DNA of 64,000 nucleotides from Nitrosopumilus sp. (GCA_046758125.1 JBHHZR010000003.1:1875-65874); one strand, 5' to 3'; positions 30,557 to 40,340 are shown, numbered from the stretch's first letter. Program-made: numbers and translations. Notes: generated from the sequence alone by a model not told the origin.

Positions 30557-33500
30557 TTAGGCGTAATCAGTAAGGAGTGATTGATCTCCTTGACTCTTTC
30601 CAAAAACTAATTCAATTTCATCAGAGAGAGCATAAATTCTTCCTCTTTGATATTCACCGACATCATATTTGTCAACAAGTCTTTTTGCAAGTTTAAGATA
30701 TTTTTCTACTGAACCTCTTGAAATTGTAGGAATCAGTTTATGTCCACAGATACATGTTTGAATAAGTGGCATACGACGAAATGATTTTCCACAACCAGTA
30801 CATCTAAAATTTTGTCTTGCATATGCTCTTAGATTTCCCATAATATCTGGAACAAGATGTGTTGAGATAACATTTGAAACAATTTCTGAAGTATCTACTA
30901 CGTTAATTAATTCAGCATTTCTAATTTGCATATCAAATTTGTCAAGCATAGAACCCAAAGTAGAGTATGCACTACGTGATTTTGAAGTTGTAAGTGATGA
31001 AGTTGAATGTGTAAAGAAGTAATCATAAAATTGTTTTTCAGTATCAAGTCGAGATTTGATAATTTCTACAGATTTTACATCTGATGCTTTTATATGCTTA
31101 AGTGTTGATTTAAAGAATTCTAAAGGAAATGATTTCACTACTTCAAGATTGTGAGCTTGTGGTTGAGATTCATGTGGCAAAACAAGAGGTTGAACAAGTA
31201 AAGGAGCATCCATAAGTCCACCAATTCTATCAGAAAGAAATTGTCTTGAGAAATTTAGTAAACTATCCATTAGAAGCATTATAGAATCAGCGTCACCATC
31301 AGCATCTCTTCTTTTTGCAGAGTGCCAGTTTGGTGTTCCAAAACAAACATGTGTTTCTGCATAACCAATTATTCGTCCTACTATTCCAACAGATGTATGT
31401 GGAGCTAGACCAATTATCAAATGACCAATTAATTCTTCAGAAGAACTTACATTGTAAAATGGAGATTTTCCATAAAATTTGACTAAAAGAGTATCTATGT
31501 ACTTACAGGTAGAAACTAGATACTTTCCACTATCATATGGAATTATCACATCTTGCATACGAAGCTCAACTATTTGATCTAGGTTTTCAAGAGGTTTTCC
31601 GTCGATGTCATGAGAATATCCAAGCTCCTTTAACTTCTCTATTGAAGTTCCAATCCAAGATGGTTTGAATTGTGTTAAAGGAGAATTTGTTGCATCAAAC
31701 CTAACAGTTCCATCTTTGAAAACTGTTAAACCAAAGTTTTGACGTACAAGTCCTTTTTCAATAGGTTCTGCAATTTTATCTTGATTAATTAACTCCTTAA
31801 CTCCTTTAAGTGGTTCTTGTGCACGTAAACCCATTTTTTCTTGAGCTGAAAGTAATCTTGCTTTTAATGGAAATTCTTTATGTGAATGTGATGGGGCTTT
31901 ACGTTTACATTTTTCACAGTATGGTTCGTTATGAAATTCTCTACAGTTTGAACATCTGTATGTAACTGTTGTTTTTGTATCACAGTTTGAACATTTTATT
32001 CCGATAGAAGGTTCATTGCATTGATTACAATGTCGATTAATTATGTTCGTAAAGAAGTGCTCGTTTCTAGATGCTTTTAGAAGATCTCTAGTAGGTCCTC
32101 CTTTGTCACTTATTGGAAATAATACATGGGTTGGAGGTTTCATTTGTCTAGGAGCTGCTTTTTCCGGTCTTCCTATTCGAACACCAACAGATGTTGAGAA
32201 TTTATTTCTAATTTGAATTCCAGATGATTTTGTTAAAATTTGAGGAACTGATAAATCATTGATTGATGGTTTTTCTCTAAATAATAAATTAAAGAAAATT
32301 TTTGCCTCAAGGTTTTCGAGTATTATAGTTCCATTAACAATTTTATGAGGCACTCCAAGCTTTTCAAGAATGTTTTTGGTTTTTATTTTATATTCAATTG
32401 ATATTTCATTTACTTTTGTTGGTTCCAAAAGTTGTGCAAGTTCTTCTGAAGAAATTTTATCCCAGAAATATAGATAGTGTGGGTGAAGTGGGATTTGAAA
32501 GTCAAGGGAAATTTTTAATGCTTCATCTATTGTTGGGACTTTAGTTAGGAATTGTTTCAGATATTGGTTATTTGGATCATATTTCTGAATTTTTTGTTTT
32601 AGTTCTTCTATCCAAAATCCTTCTACATATCCTGATGGTATAAGTTGAGCGTTGTTTTCAAGAAAATCTCCAAATGAAATTAAGATGTCACCAAGATGTA
32701 AGATTTTTTCAATTTGGTTTTTAATTTGTAATCCATGTTTTACATCTCTAATCTTTACAACATTACCATTTTTCAAACGAACTACCGGAGTATCTATGGA
32801 ATCAACAAATGCTACAGTTGCCCCTTTTCCTGGAATATCAATTTTGATTTGTGTTCCTACTGTGATAGTATGATCAAGAATTTCAGCAATTACTGGATGA
32901 AATCCAACTGATGCAAATCCTGTATTACATGCTCTTCCATATCTTAATCGAAACCCACCTAGTTTTTTAGGCATGGATAATACTGATCTTCCTGTAATTA
33001 CCTCACGCATTCTTTTGGCAGCTGCGTCTTCTTCATTTTCTCCTGTTTGAACTGCACCTTTCAGATCATTGAGCCACTCCCATCCATCTAAATTGTATAG
33101 CTCAATTCTTTTGAGTAATTTTTTGGATCTTCCAATCAATCCATCATTTAGAACACGTAAAGCCCCCCCTCTAACTCTGTCAGTTTTAATACGAGTCATA
33201 GATTTGTGATTTACAACTTCAAATGGATCTGTGTCTACTCCATCTAATTCAACAGGTAGATTAGAAATTACATGTTCAATATCTTCATCTAAGATGTGGA
33301 ACTGAAAGCTACTAGCCTCTCTTTCATAGATTCTTAATTCTTCAACAAATCTTCCTGTTTCATCATCAAAAGAATTAGTTTGATATTTTGATAGACCAAC
33401 TGCCTTTCTAACATGATCTGCGATTAACATTGTTACTGCAGATTCTGTTCCTCCTGCTGAACGCATTGGTCCTGCAATTGATACTGAAAGATATTCAGTT

Positions 33501-33934
33501 CCATCTTTATTTTTCTTAATCTTTACTTCACTAATTCCTTGTAATGGTGCAATTGTCACTCCTTCTGTAACAATTGCTAATCCTACACGGACTGCAAGAT
33601 CTAATTTTTCTTCTAAAGAAGCATCTGGAAGAGAATATTTTCCAAGAGCAATTTCTTTTGATAAAATTAAAGCTGAAAGTTCTTTTCCATTTATTTTTAA
33701 AAGTTCTCTTAATGGTTCAGCAATATCAATCTCGTGCATTTTTGCAACTCGATCTGCTAGATCAAATGCAATTTTTGGTTCAATAATTCCTGAAGAATCC
33801 ACTAAACTAGATTTTGCATTAGCTGCTTTTTCAAAAATTGAATATGTTTCAGTTGAGAGATTAGAGTAATAATCAAGATAATAATCTGGCATCTTAATAC
33901 CACTAATTCTAGAAATTGCATCATTTTCAGACAT
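30557..33934 (-). CDS. polC: DNA polymerase D large subunit (DP2)
   Basis: AGPMRSAGGT, FRLRYGR, FKDGTVRFDATN, catalytic KRRDADGD and C-terminal Zn modules; no intein. Confidence 0.97.
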   Translation of the reverse strand: MSENDAISRISGIKMPDYYLDYYSNLSTETYSIFEKAANAKSSLVDSSGIIEPKIAFDLADRVAKMHEIDIAEPLRELLKINGKELSALILSKEIALGKYSLPDASLEEKLDLAVRVGLAIVTEGVTIAPLQGISEVKIKKNKDGTEYLSVSIAGPMRSAGGTESAVTMLIADHVRKAVGLSKYQTNSFDDETGRFVEELRIYEREASSFQFHILDEDIEHVISNLPVELDGVDTDPFEVVNHKSMTRIKTDRVRGGALRVLNDGLIGRSKKLLKRIELYNLDGWEWLNDLKGAVQTGENEEDAAAKRMREVITGRSVLSMPKKLGGFRLRYGRACNTGFASVGFHPVIAEILDHTITVGTQIKIDIPGKGATVAFVDSIDTPVVRLKNGNVVKIRDVKHGLQIKNQIEKILHLGDILISFGDFLENNAQLIPSGYVEGFWIEELKQKIQKYDPNNQYLKQFLTKVPTIDEALKISLDFQIPLHPHYLYFWDKISSEELAQLLEPTKVNEISIEYKIKTKNILEKLGVPHKIVNGTIILENLEAKIFFNLLFREKPSINDLSVPQILTKSSGIQIRNKFSTSVGVRIGRPEKAAPRQMKPPTHVLFPISDKGGPTRDLLKASRNEHFFTNIINRHCNQCNEPSIGIKCSNCDTKTTVTYRCSNCREFHNEPYCEKCKRKAPSHSHKEFPLKARLLSAQEKMGLRAQEPLKGVKELINQDKIAEPIEKGLVRQNFGLTVFKDGTVRFDATNSPLTQFKPSWIGTSIEKLKELGYSHDIDGKPLENLDQIVELRMQDVIIPYDSGKYLVSTCKYIDTLLVKFYGKSPFYNVSSSEELIGHLIIGLAPHTSVGIVGRIIGYAETHVCFGTPNWHSAKRRDADGDADSIMLLMDSLLNFSRQFLSDRIGGLMDAPLLVQPLVLPHESQPQAHNLEVVKSFPLEFFKSTLKHIKASDVKSVEIIKSRLDTEKQFYDYFFTHSTSSLTTSKSRSAYSTLGSMLDKFDMQIRNAELINVVDTSEIVSNVISTHLVPDIMGNLRAYARQNFRCTGCGKSFRRMPLIQTCICGHKLIPTISRGSVEKYLKLAKRLVDKYDVGEYQRGRIYALSDEIELVFGKSQGDQSLLTDYA

Positions 33935-33946
33935 AATACAGTTCTA

Positions 33947-34699
33947 TTACTTGCTTCTTTGAATTGCTTTTGCTATTTCTTGGAGTTTTTTGAGACTCCC
34001 ACCTTTTTCAAGAAATGTTCCTATAACTAATGCATCAGCTCCTGCTTTAACAAGACTTTGCGCAATTTTCACATCTTTAATGCCTCCACCAACGATCAGA
34101 AATCCATTAAATGCATGTCTGACTGTTTTTATCATTTCTGGAGTGACGTTTGTTTTTGCGCCAGAGCCTGCTTCTAGATACACAAATCTCATTCCTAGAA
34201 ATTGTGCTGCAAGAGCATATGCTGCAGCAATTTTTGGTTTTTCAAAAGGAATTCCACGTGCTGAGCCTACAAACCAAGCTGAGGTTCCATCGCCTATTAC
34301 TAAGTAAGCAGTTGGAAGTGGTTCTAAACCAAATTTCAGTACACTTGGAGCTCCTAATGCTTGGGCTTGTGAGATAAAGTAAGGATTCTCTGAATTCATT
34401 AATGAACTAAAGAGGATTGCATCAGCATCAGGTACAACACCTGTTACGTTTCCAGGAAATAAGATTATTGGAATTTTAATGTGTTTTTTTATACCTTTTA
34501 CAACTTGAGCCATCTCAATTTGATCAGTAGCAGATGAACCTCCAACTAAGATTGCAGAAGCGCCCATCTTTTCAACATCTTTGGCAAGCTTACTTGATGC
34601 ATCCAAATTTGATACTTCAGAATCAATTAATATGAATAACAATGCGTCTTTCTTTTTTAATTCAGATTTTAGGAATGATTCTACTTTATTTCCAGCCAT
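33947..34699 (-). CDS. Geranylgeranylglyceryl phosphate synthase (group II)
   Basis: LVGGS, ILFPG, YLEAGSGA and IVGGGI motifs. Probable ATG at 34699. Confidence 0.92.
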   Translation of the reverse strand: MAGNKVESFLKSELKKKDALLFILIDSEVSNLDASSKLAKDVEKMGASAILVGGSSATDQIEMAQVVKGIKKHIKIPIILFPGNVTGVVPDADAILFSSLMNSENPYFISQAQALGAPSVLKFGLEPLPTAYLVIGDGTSAWFVGSARGIPFEKPKIAAAYALAAQFLGMRFVYLEAGSGAKTNVTPEMIKTVRHAFNGFLIVGGGIKDVKIAQSLVKAGADALVIGTFLEKGGSLKKLQEIAKAIQRSK

Positions 34700-34764
34700 A
34701 AAGGAGGTTTGCAAATGACTCTTTAAAGTTTAATTGGAATGTCAGTATACAGATTTGTATAGCT

Positions 34765-35127
34765 ATGGCAGACATTAAAGGATCTAATTTTAACAACATT
34801 ATACGTCAAATTATCAAAAAATCACTATTTACAGAGCGACAAATTGAAATTATTTTAAATCAGAAGGATCTTTTAGAATCCAAGTTTTTAATCACAAGAG
34901 GTGCCTATTACAGGCAAGTTGGACAGTCTAAAGAGAAATTAATTGCATTATTTTATTCAATCATACTTTTACGTGGTTTAGGCATACTTCTACCTGATGA
35001 TATTGATGTGATAACAAAACTTTCAGAGCAGATTAGTGTGATAAATGAAGGTGATGTTTTTCCTGAAAGAGAACAAGAAGTCATTAGTGTGATAGATAGG
35101 TTTGTTCGTCAGGCTTGTAGTATGTGA
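34765..35127 (+). CDS. Conserved hypothetical protein (possible HTH)
   Basis: SLFTERQIEI...ITRGAYYRQV; divergent from the GGGPS gene. Confidence 0.65.
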   Translation: MADIKGSNFNNIIRQIIKKSLFTERQIEIILNQKDLLESKFLITRGAYYRQVGQSKEKLIALFYSIILLRGLGILLPDDIDVITKLSEQISVINEGDVFPEREQEVISVIDRFVRQACSM

Positions 35128-35249
35128 TATTGATGGTGATAACAACCAAAACAATCTCATTTTGATTGTGATGATGATGTGAGTTTGTTAATCTAAAATG
35201 TGAAATAATGTTGTTCTATCACGATAAATCACAATATTAGTGTTAATTT

Positions 35250-35858
35250 GTGATGTTAGTAGAAATTCCTGATCCTGAAGTGATTTTAGGTGTGATCATT
35301 GCATTTTTGGTGGGTTTAGGTGCGTTGTATGGATTCTATAAAGTACGACCATTCATCAAATCTAGGAGGGAGATGGTTAATGCATCTCAAAGTGAGCGTT
35401 TGGAGTACTATGAAAGACAGTTAATTGACATGAAAATACGCCTAGATGCCTTAGAAATTCAAGGAGTTGAGCATAAATCAGAGGATCCTAACTTAGAATT
35501 AAAACAATATTTAGAGAAATTAGTAAAAAATGAGGCTCAGGAAAAACAAGTTGAGGAAGTTGTTAGTGGGCCAGAAATTGTGCCTGAAAAACCAGTTTCA
35601 ACACCAAATGTCTCAAACATGGATCATACAAACCCAACTGATAATGTGTTGCAATTAATCACAAACAAAGCTATGACATCACGTGACATACAAATCACAT
35701 TGAAGAGAAGTAGAGAACATACATCACGTTTAATGAAGAAATTATTTGAAGATGGTTTTGTTGAAAGAAATACAGAAACTAAACCATACATTTATTCAAT
35801 TACTGAAAAAGGAAAAGCAAAGATTGATGAGATCCAATCAAGTCCCACAATTGTATAA
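35250..35858 (+). CDS. Membrane-anchored protein with coiled coil and C-terminal winged-HTH (MarR-like)
   Basis: N-terminal TM helix; TSRDIQITLKRSREHTSRLMKKLFEDGFVER...YSITEKG. Confidence 0.75.
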   Translation: MMLVEIPDPEVILGVIIAFLVGLGALYGFYKVRPFIKSRREMVNASQSERLEYYERQLIDMKIRLDALEIQGVEHKSEDPNLELKQYLEKLVKNEAQEKQVEEVVSGPEIVPEKPVSTPNVSNMDHTNPTDNVLQLITNKAMTSRDIQITLKRSREHTSRLMKKLFEDGFVERNTETKPYIYSITEKGKAKIDEIQSSPTIV

Positions 35859-35990
35859 GGAATTTTCCAAGTTTTTTGAAATTTAGTTTATGTTATTTTT
35901 ACAGGAGTTTTACCAAAAATGGGTTATTTTATAATAATTTAATAATTATAGAATATAATAAATTATATATATTATTAATTTATAATCATA

Positions 35991-36155
35991 ATGTTGTCTG
36001 TACAGGAAAATGAGGTTTTAGTAAAAATCACTTCGGCAGGGACAATCTCTATTCCTAAACAATTTAGAAAGTATATGGATATACAAAAAGGTGAATATGT
36101 CAAGTTGATTTTAGGTAATGGAAGGTTAATTGTTAGAAAAGTCACCATTACTTGA
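35991..36155 (+). CDS. AbrB/MazE/SpoVT-family DNA-binding microprotein (54 aa, absent from the ORF track)
   Basis: My translation: MLSVQENEVLVKITSAGTISIPKQFRKYMDIQKGEYVKLILGNGRLIVRKVTIT, matching the swapped-hairpin G.I.IPK..R....I..G pattern. Confidence 0.85.
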   Translation: MLSVQENEVLVKITSAGTISIPKQFRKYMDIQKGEYVKLILGNGRLIVRKVTIT

Positions 36156-36161
36156 TGGTAA

Positions 36162-36548
36162 TTACGGTTGTTTTTGGCCTATTTTGATAGTTTGATACGT
36201 CCATTCACGTCCAGTTCTTGCTCTGTCTATCCTGCCTTTTGATGAAAATCGGGACAAATAGGTGGATATTATACTGAGTTTTATTGGTTCATTGAATTCA
36301 TCCTCATATTTTTCAAGAATGTTTGTGGAGGTAAACTTGCCCATAGGAAAGAATTTGTCCACAATATACCATACTTTAGAACCTGTTGAATCCATGTTTG
36401 TGGTTTCTTGTTCTTCTTCAATATTCATCAAATCCATCATTTCAAATATTTTGAGAACTTTGTCCCTGGTGACATTACCCTCTAATTTGATGTCATAACG
36501 TGCACCGTCTTGATCTTCCATATCTATTCGAATACGTTTTTTTGCCAT
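36162..36548 (-). CDS. Hypothetical protein with C-terminal winged-helix-like domain
   Basis: FTSTNILEKYEDEFNEPIKLSIISTYLSR...GRIDRARTGREWTY resembles a wHTH recognition helix and wing. Confidence 0.65.
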   Translation of the reverse strand: MAKKRIRIDMEDQDGARYDIKLEGNVTRDKVLKIFEMMDLMNIEEEQETTNMDSTGSKVWYIVDKFFPMGKFTSTNILEKYEDEFNEPIKLSIISTYLSRFSSKGRIDRARTGREWTYQTIKIGQKQP

Positions 36549-36678
36549 CTTTGAGATCTTGAGGATCTGACGTTAACAGTTCAATTGATCCAGTAATGTT
36601 TGTTAACTAAATGGTTTGTTAACATTGACTGCCTAAGCCATGCCTAACTAATTTTTTGTTGTTAACAATTCACTCATA

Positions 36679-36960
36679 AAATCCCCTTTAAATTAGGATA
36701 TTTTATGCCTAGAGTGGAAATAAAGGGGATAAATTTACTATATTCACAACGTTAACATCCATCTTAACGCCTAGAGTGGAAATAAAGGGGATAAAACAGG
36801 TTATTTGGGAAATTTCTTAACAGGAAATTAACATTTTGTTAACTTTTAGGTTAGGAATTAGCTATCTCACACACCAACATTTCCACTAGTATTTTTTAAA
36901 AATTTTTTTAAGAAAGAAAAAACTAACTAAAAATAATTAATTACAAACTAAACTAGAGTT
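36679..36960. other. Probable chromosomal replication origin (oriC) with ORB elements
   Basis: Two identical 27-mers GCCTAGAGTGGAAATAAAGGGGATAAA (36707-36733, 36769-36795) resembling the ORB consensus (..AGTGGAAA..GGGG). Also an inverted G-string ATCCCCTTTA (36681-36690), an inverted mini-ORB TTTCCACTAG (36880-36889) and an AT-rich tract, directly upstream of cdc6. Confidence 0.85.
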
Positions 36961-37033
36961 AGTATTCTATTCTATACTCTCGTAAATTAGATATGGTTAT
37001 GATAAAATTGAGCGGAAACATAGGTGTGTGAGT

Positions 37034-38236
37034 ATGTCTGACCCAATAGATCGATTACTTGATGCGTCAGAATCAGGAAAATCAATTATTAAAAACAGAA
37101 ACATTTTACATTTTACATATATTCCTAACATCATACTACACAGAAACTCTGAACAGGAACAAGTCACTCAATCACTATTACCAATTCTAAAACAATCAAG
37201 ACCTTCTAACCTTCTAGTTTATGGAAAGCCTGGAACTGGTAAAACTTTAGTTGTTAAAAAAGTAATATCAAAAATTCAAGAAAGAGTTGAAAAATCAAAC
37301 TTTCCAATTAAACTTGTATATTCAAATTCTAAAGAAGAGACAACTCTCTATGGTCTTTTGGTGAACCTAGGAAGGCAATTAGGCCTAAATGAAAAGGAAT
37401 TACCTACAACTGGGCTTGCAATAAGCGAAGTCTTCAAAAGACTCCTCAATAGAATAGATGAAGGAAAACTTAATGCAATTTTTGTAATTGATGAAATTGA
37501 TTATCTAGCACAATTAGTTTCTAAAACTGGGAAGGATATTCTCTATCAACTTACAAGAGCAAATGAACGTCTTCAAAATGGCTCCCTTACTTTAGTGGGC
37601 ATATCCAACGATCTCACATTTAAAGAAAAACTAGACCCTAGAGTAATTAGCAGTCTTGGGGAGGAGGAGATTGTCTTTACAAATTATAATGTTGAACAAA
37701 TCAAAAAAATTCTTGAAGAACGAATCCACGAGGCTTTTGTTGGAGGATCTGTTGAAGAACCTGCCCTAAACCTATGTGCAGCTCTAGCTGGTGGAGAACA
37801 CGGTGATGCTCGTAGAGCAATCGACTTAATTCGTGTGGCTGGTGAGATTGCTGAACGACAACAATCCGACAAAGTCACAGAAAACCATGTTAGAGAAGCC
37901 TCTCAAAAAATTGAAGAAAACAAGGAAGAAACATCACTCAAATCATATCCCCTTCATGAGAAATTAGTAATTCTTGCTATTATGAAGGCAAGTGGTTCAT
38001 CCACAGGAGAAATCTATTCTTCATACAAAAATCTCTGTAAAACTGTTGGGCGAGATGAGCTGACCCAAAGAAGAATAACTCAAATGTTAAGTGAAATAGA
38101 ACTATCTGGAATTATTACTGGAAGACTTGTCCACCAAGGAATTCATGGAAGGACCAAGAAATACAAACTTACAGTCTCACCAGAGACTGTAAAAAAAACC
38201 TTCAAAGATGATCTAACTTTGCAAGATATTGTTTGA
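37034..38236 (+). CDS. cdc6: Orc1/Cdc6 replication initiator
   Basis: Walker A GKPGTGKT, Walker B IDEID, GDARRAIDL sensor, C-terminal wHTH. Confidence 0.97.
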   Translation: MSDPIDRLLDASESGKSIIKNRNILHFTYIPNIILHRNSEQEQVTQSLLPILKQSRPSNLLVYGKPGTGKTLVVKKVISKIQERVEKSNFPIKLVYSNSKEETTLYGLLVNLGRQLGLNEKELPTTGLAISEVFKRLLNRIDEGKLNAIFVIDEIDYLAQLVSKTGKDILYQLTRANERLQNGSLTLVGISNDLTFKEKLDPRVISSLGEEEIVFTNYNVEQIKKILEERIHEAFVGGSVEEPALNLCAALAGGEHGDARRAIDLIRVAGEIAERQQSDKVTENHVREASQKIEENKEETSLKSYPLHEKLVILAIMKASGSSTGEIYSSYKNLCKTVGRDELTQRRITQMLSEIELSGIITGRLVHQGIHGRTKKYKLTVSPETVKKTFKDDLTLQDIV

Positions 38237-39658
38237 ATCTAAATTATAATTTTCATGGTATACTTTGAATGTCTTTAAATTCACCATTAATGCAATTCCC
38301 GGATTTGGGGTCATACCAACACTTGCCTGAAATGGTGTTTGTTTTTGCCATGAGCCAGAGTTAACCAATAAAATTCCCTTATACATATCCAATTCTGCCC
38401 TATGAACATGGCCCACATGAAAGATATCTGGAACACTTTCAATCACTAAAAGATCCTCCATCTCAGGCGCTATAGGGGTTTGACTTCCATAAATTGGACT
38501 TAGGTGCCTTGCCCTCAAAAGATGCTTCATTACGTTTGTTGGTTTATCATAACTTAGACCAGGAGTTGTTTTTACAATATCATCAATACTTTGTCCATGA
38601 AACATCATCACCTTAACACCATTTAATGAAACTACTGCTGGGTTTCCAACCATTATCACATTTTCTCTTTCCCACAAACTTGAATTGTATTTTTCTGGAA
38701 TTGCAGGCTGCGGAAGAGCTCTTCTTCCAGGATCATGATTTCCAGGCATTATTATGACCTTCACATTTTTAGGAATTTTATCAATCAATTCTTCCATCTT
38801 CTTTAATTGTTCTTCAATTGTTTGCCAAACTAACTCTTTATCCTGATTTGGATAAATTCCAACTCCGTCGATCACATCGCCCCCAATTAGAACAAAACGA
38901 ATTTTTCGAGCAACTGAATCAGGACTTGATAGCCATGAAACAAATTCTGTAAATTCCTCTTCCATGAAATATTTGCTTCCAATATGCAGATCTGAAAGAA
39001 ATACCGCAAATGCTTCAGATTCTGATTTGTTGACAGCCTGATCTGGAATATCAGGCAAAATCAAATCTTTAATTATAAATCCAGAATTCTTTCCCAAACT
39101 TACTCTTGCCATAACAAATTGATCAGTTAGGAGAGCGCCCGCTGTCTTTTGTAACTCATTATCAAAAACAATTCCTTCAAATGTACCTGATGGATCCTCC
39201 AAAACTAATTTTGTGATGTTTCTTTCAACATTTCTTGTCGTGACAAGACCACACAAATATACATCATCTTCTGACTTTGCAGTTTTCACAGAAGCTATAG
39301 ATTTGAGCATTCTTGATTCTGGTCTATCTGAAATAATTCGTTTGAGTTTGTTAAAACGGCTAGAAAATAAGGCATTATATCCTTTTACTCCCTCACCTGT
39401 TGTTATCTTGTTGGTAGGATCAAATAATACCTCAATTTCACTTTGCAGTGTTGGATCTTCTTTAATCCCAAGATATGTCTCTAAATCATCTTGATTAATT
39501 TGAAATAATTTTTGTCTGGTCTTTTCCCTTACTATTTCCCTTATGATCTTCTCTAATTTCTTAACATCTACATTTTCTAATATCTTAAAAGCGTCTGGAT
39601 GAATTTGAAATCCTTTGTTTAATGCATAATCTAAAGCTAAAGATAACTCCTTATTCAT
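38213..39658 (-). CDS. polB: DNA polymerase D small subunit (DP1)
   Basis: OB fold plus calcineurin-like motifs SDLHIG, GDVIDG, PGNHD, FHG and GHVH. Confidence 0.96.
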   Translation of the reverse strand: MNKELSLALDYALNKGFQIHPDAFKILENVDVKKLEKIIREIVREKTRQKLFQINQDDLETYLGIKEDPTLQSEIEVLFDPTNKITTGEGVKGYNALFSSRFNKLKRIISDRPESRMLKSIASVKTAKSEDDVYLCGLVTTRNVERNITKLVLEDPSGTFEGIVFDNELQKTAGALLTDQFVMARVSLGKNSGFIIKDLILPDIPDQAVNKSESEAFAVFLSDLHIGSKYFMEEEFTEFVSWLSSPDSVARKIRFVLIGGDVIDGVGIYPNQDKELVWQTIEEQLKKMEELIDKIPKNVKVIIMPGNHDPGRRALPQPAIPEKYNSSLWERENVIMVGNPAVVSLNGVKVMMFHGQSIDDIVKTTPGLSYDKPTNVMKHLLRARHLSPIYGSQTPIAPEMEDLLVIESVPDIFHVGHVHRAELDMYKGILLVNSGSWQKQTPFQASVGMTPNPGIALMVNLKTFKVYHENYNLDSNNILQS

Positions 39659-39736
39659 ATCAAAAAATATTCTCTGGTTTAATTAAATCTGCGCCTAACA
39701 CCTAACCCTCAAATATCGTTTACAAATAATGGTAAT

Positions 39737-40273
39737 GTGAATAAATTCAGAATAGCTACATTTTTTATTTTCTTAGCAATCTTCGCAGGAGCATATCAAA
39801 TTGGTTCAATGTCTACAGTTAGTGAAGAAGACGCACAAGATTTCATGTCTGAATTTGAAGAACTAGTATTAGATATTGATGCATTTGGAATCTTTATTCA
39901 TAACACAACTATTGCATTACCAATGTTTATTCCAGGATTTGGAGTAGCATGGGGAATTTTTTCAGCCTGGTCTACGGGATTTGCTTTTGCTTCAATATCT
40001 ACTACCACTCCCATTCTAGGAAATATTCCGCCACTTGCAATTCTTTTTCTCTCCCCATTTGGATTAATGGAACTTACTGCTTATTCATTGGGCATCTCTA
40101 GAAGTTTTATCCTCATTCGAGCAGTGAGCAAAAAAATTAATCTTATTCCATTTATCAAACCAACAGTAATAGAAATTGGAATTGTTGTAGCTCTTCTATT
40201 AGCAGGAGGATATCTTGAACACTATATGATTGAATTAGCTCAAGAGAAAGGCCTTTCAATGCCTGGATTCTAA
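39737..40273 (+). CDS. SpoIIM-family membrane protein
   Basis: IFIHN...PFGLMELTAY...AGGYLE pattern; multiple TM helices. Confidence 0.75.
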   Translation: MNKFRIATFFIFLAIFAGAYQIGSMSTVSEEDAQDFMSEFEELVLDIDAFGIFIHNTTIALPMFIPGFGVAWGIFSAWSTGFAFASISTTTPILGNIPPLAILFLSPFGLMELTAYSLGISRSFILIRAVSKKINLIPFIKPTVIEIGIVVALLLAGGYLEHYMIELAQEKGLSMPGF

Positions 40274-40340
40274 TTTTTAGGATTACCCATGGATTTGCCT
40301 AATCAGTCTAAAATAATTTAGTAGCAAATTATAAACCAAA

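Noticed and set aside
30557-33934. Intein in DP2 (a common insertion host)
   Set aside because: Length and a continuous KRRDADGD catalytic region show no insertion.
35120-35260. Recurring GTGAT/ATCAC words and TGATGATGATG as a C/D-box sRNA or operator
   Set aside because: No paired D box (CTGA) at a suitable distance; the words are short and also occur in flanking coding sequence.
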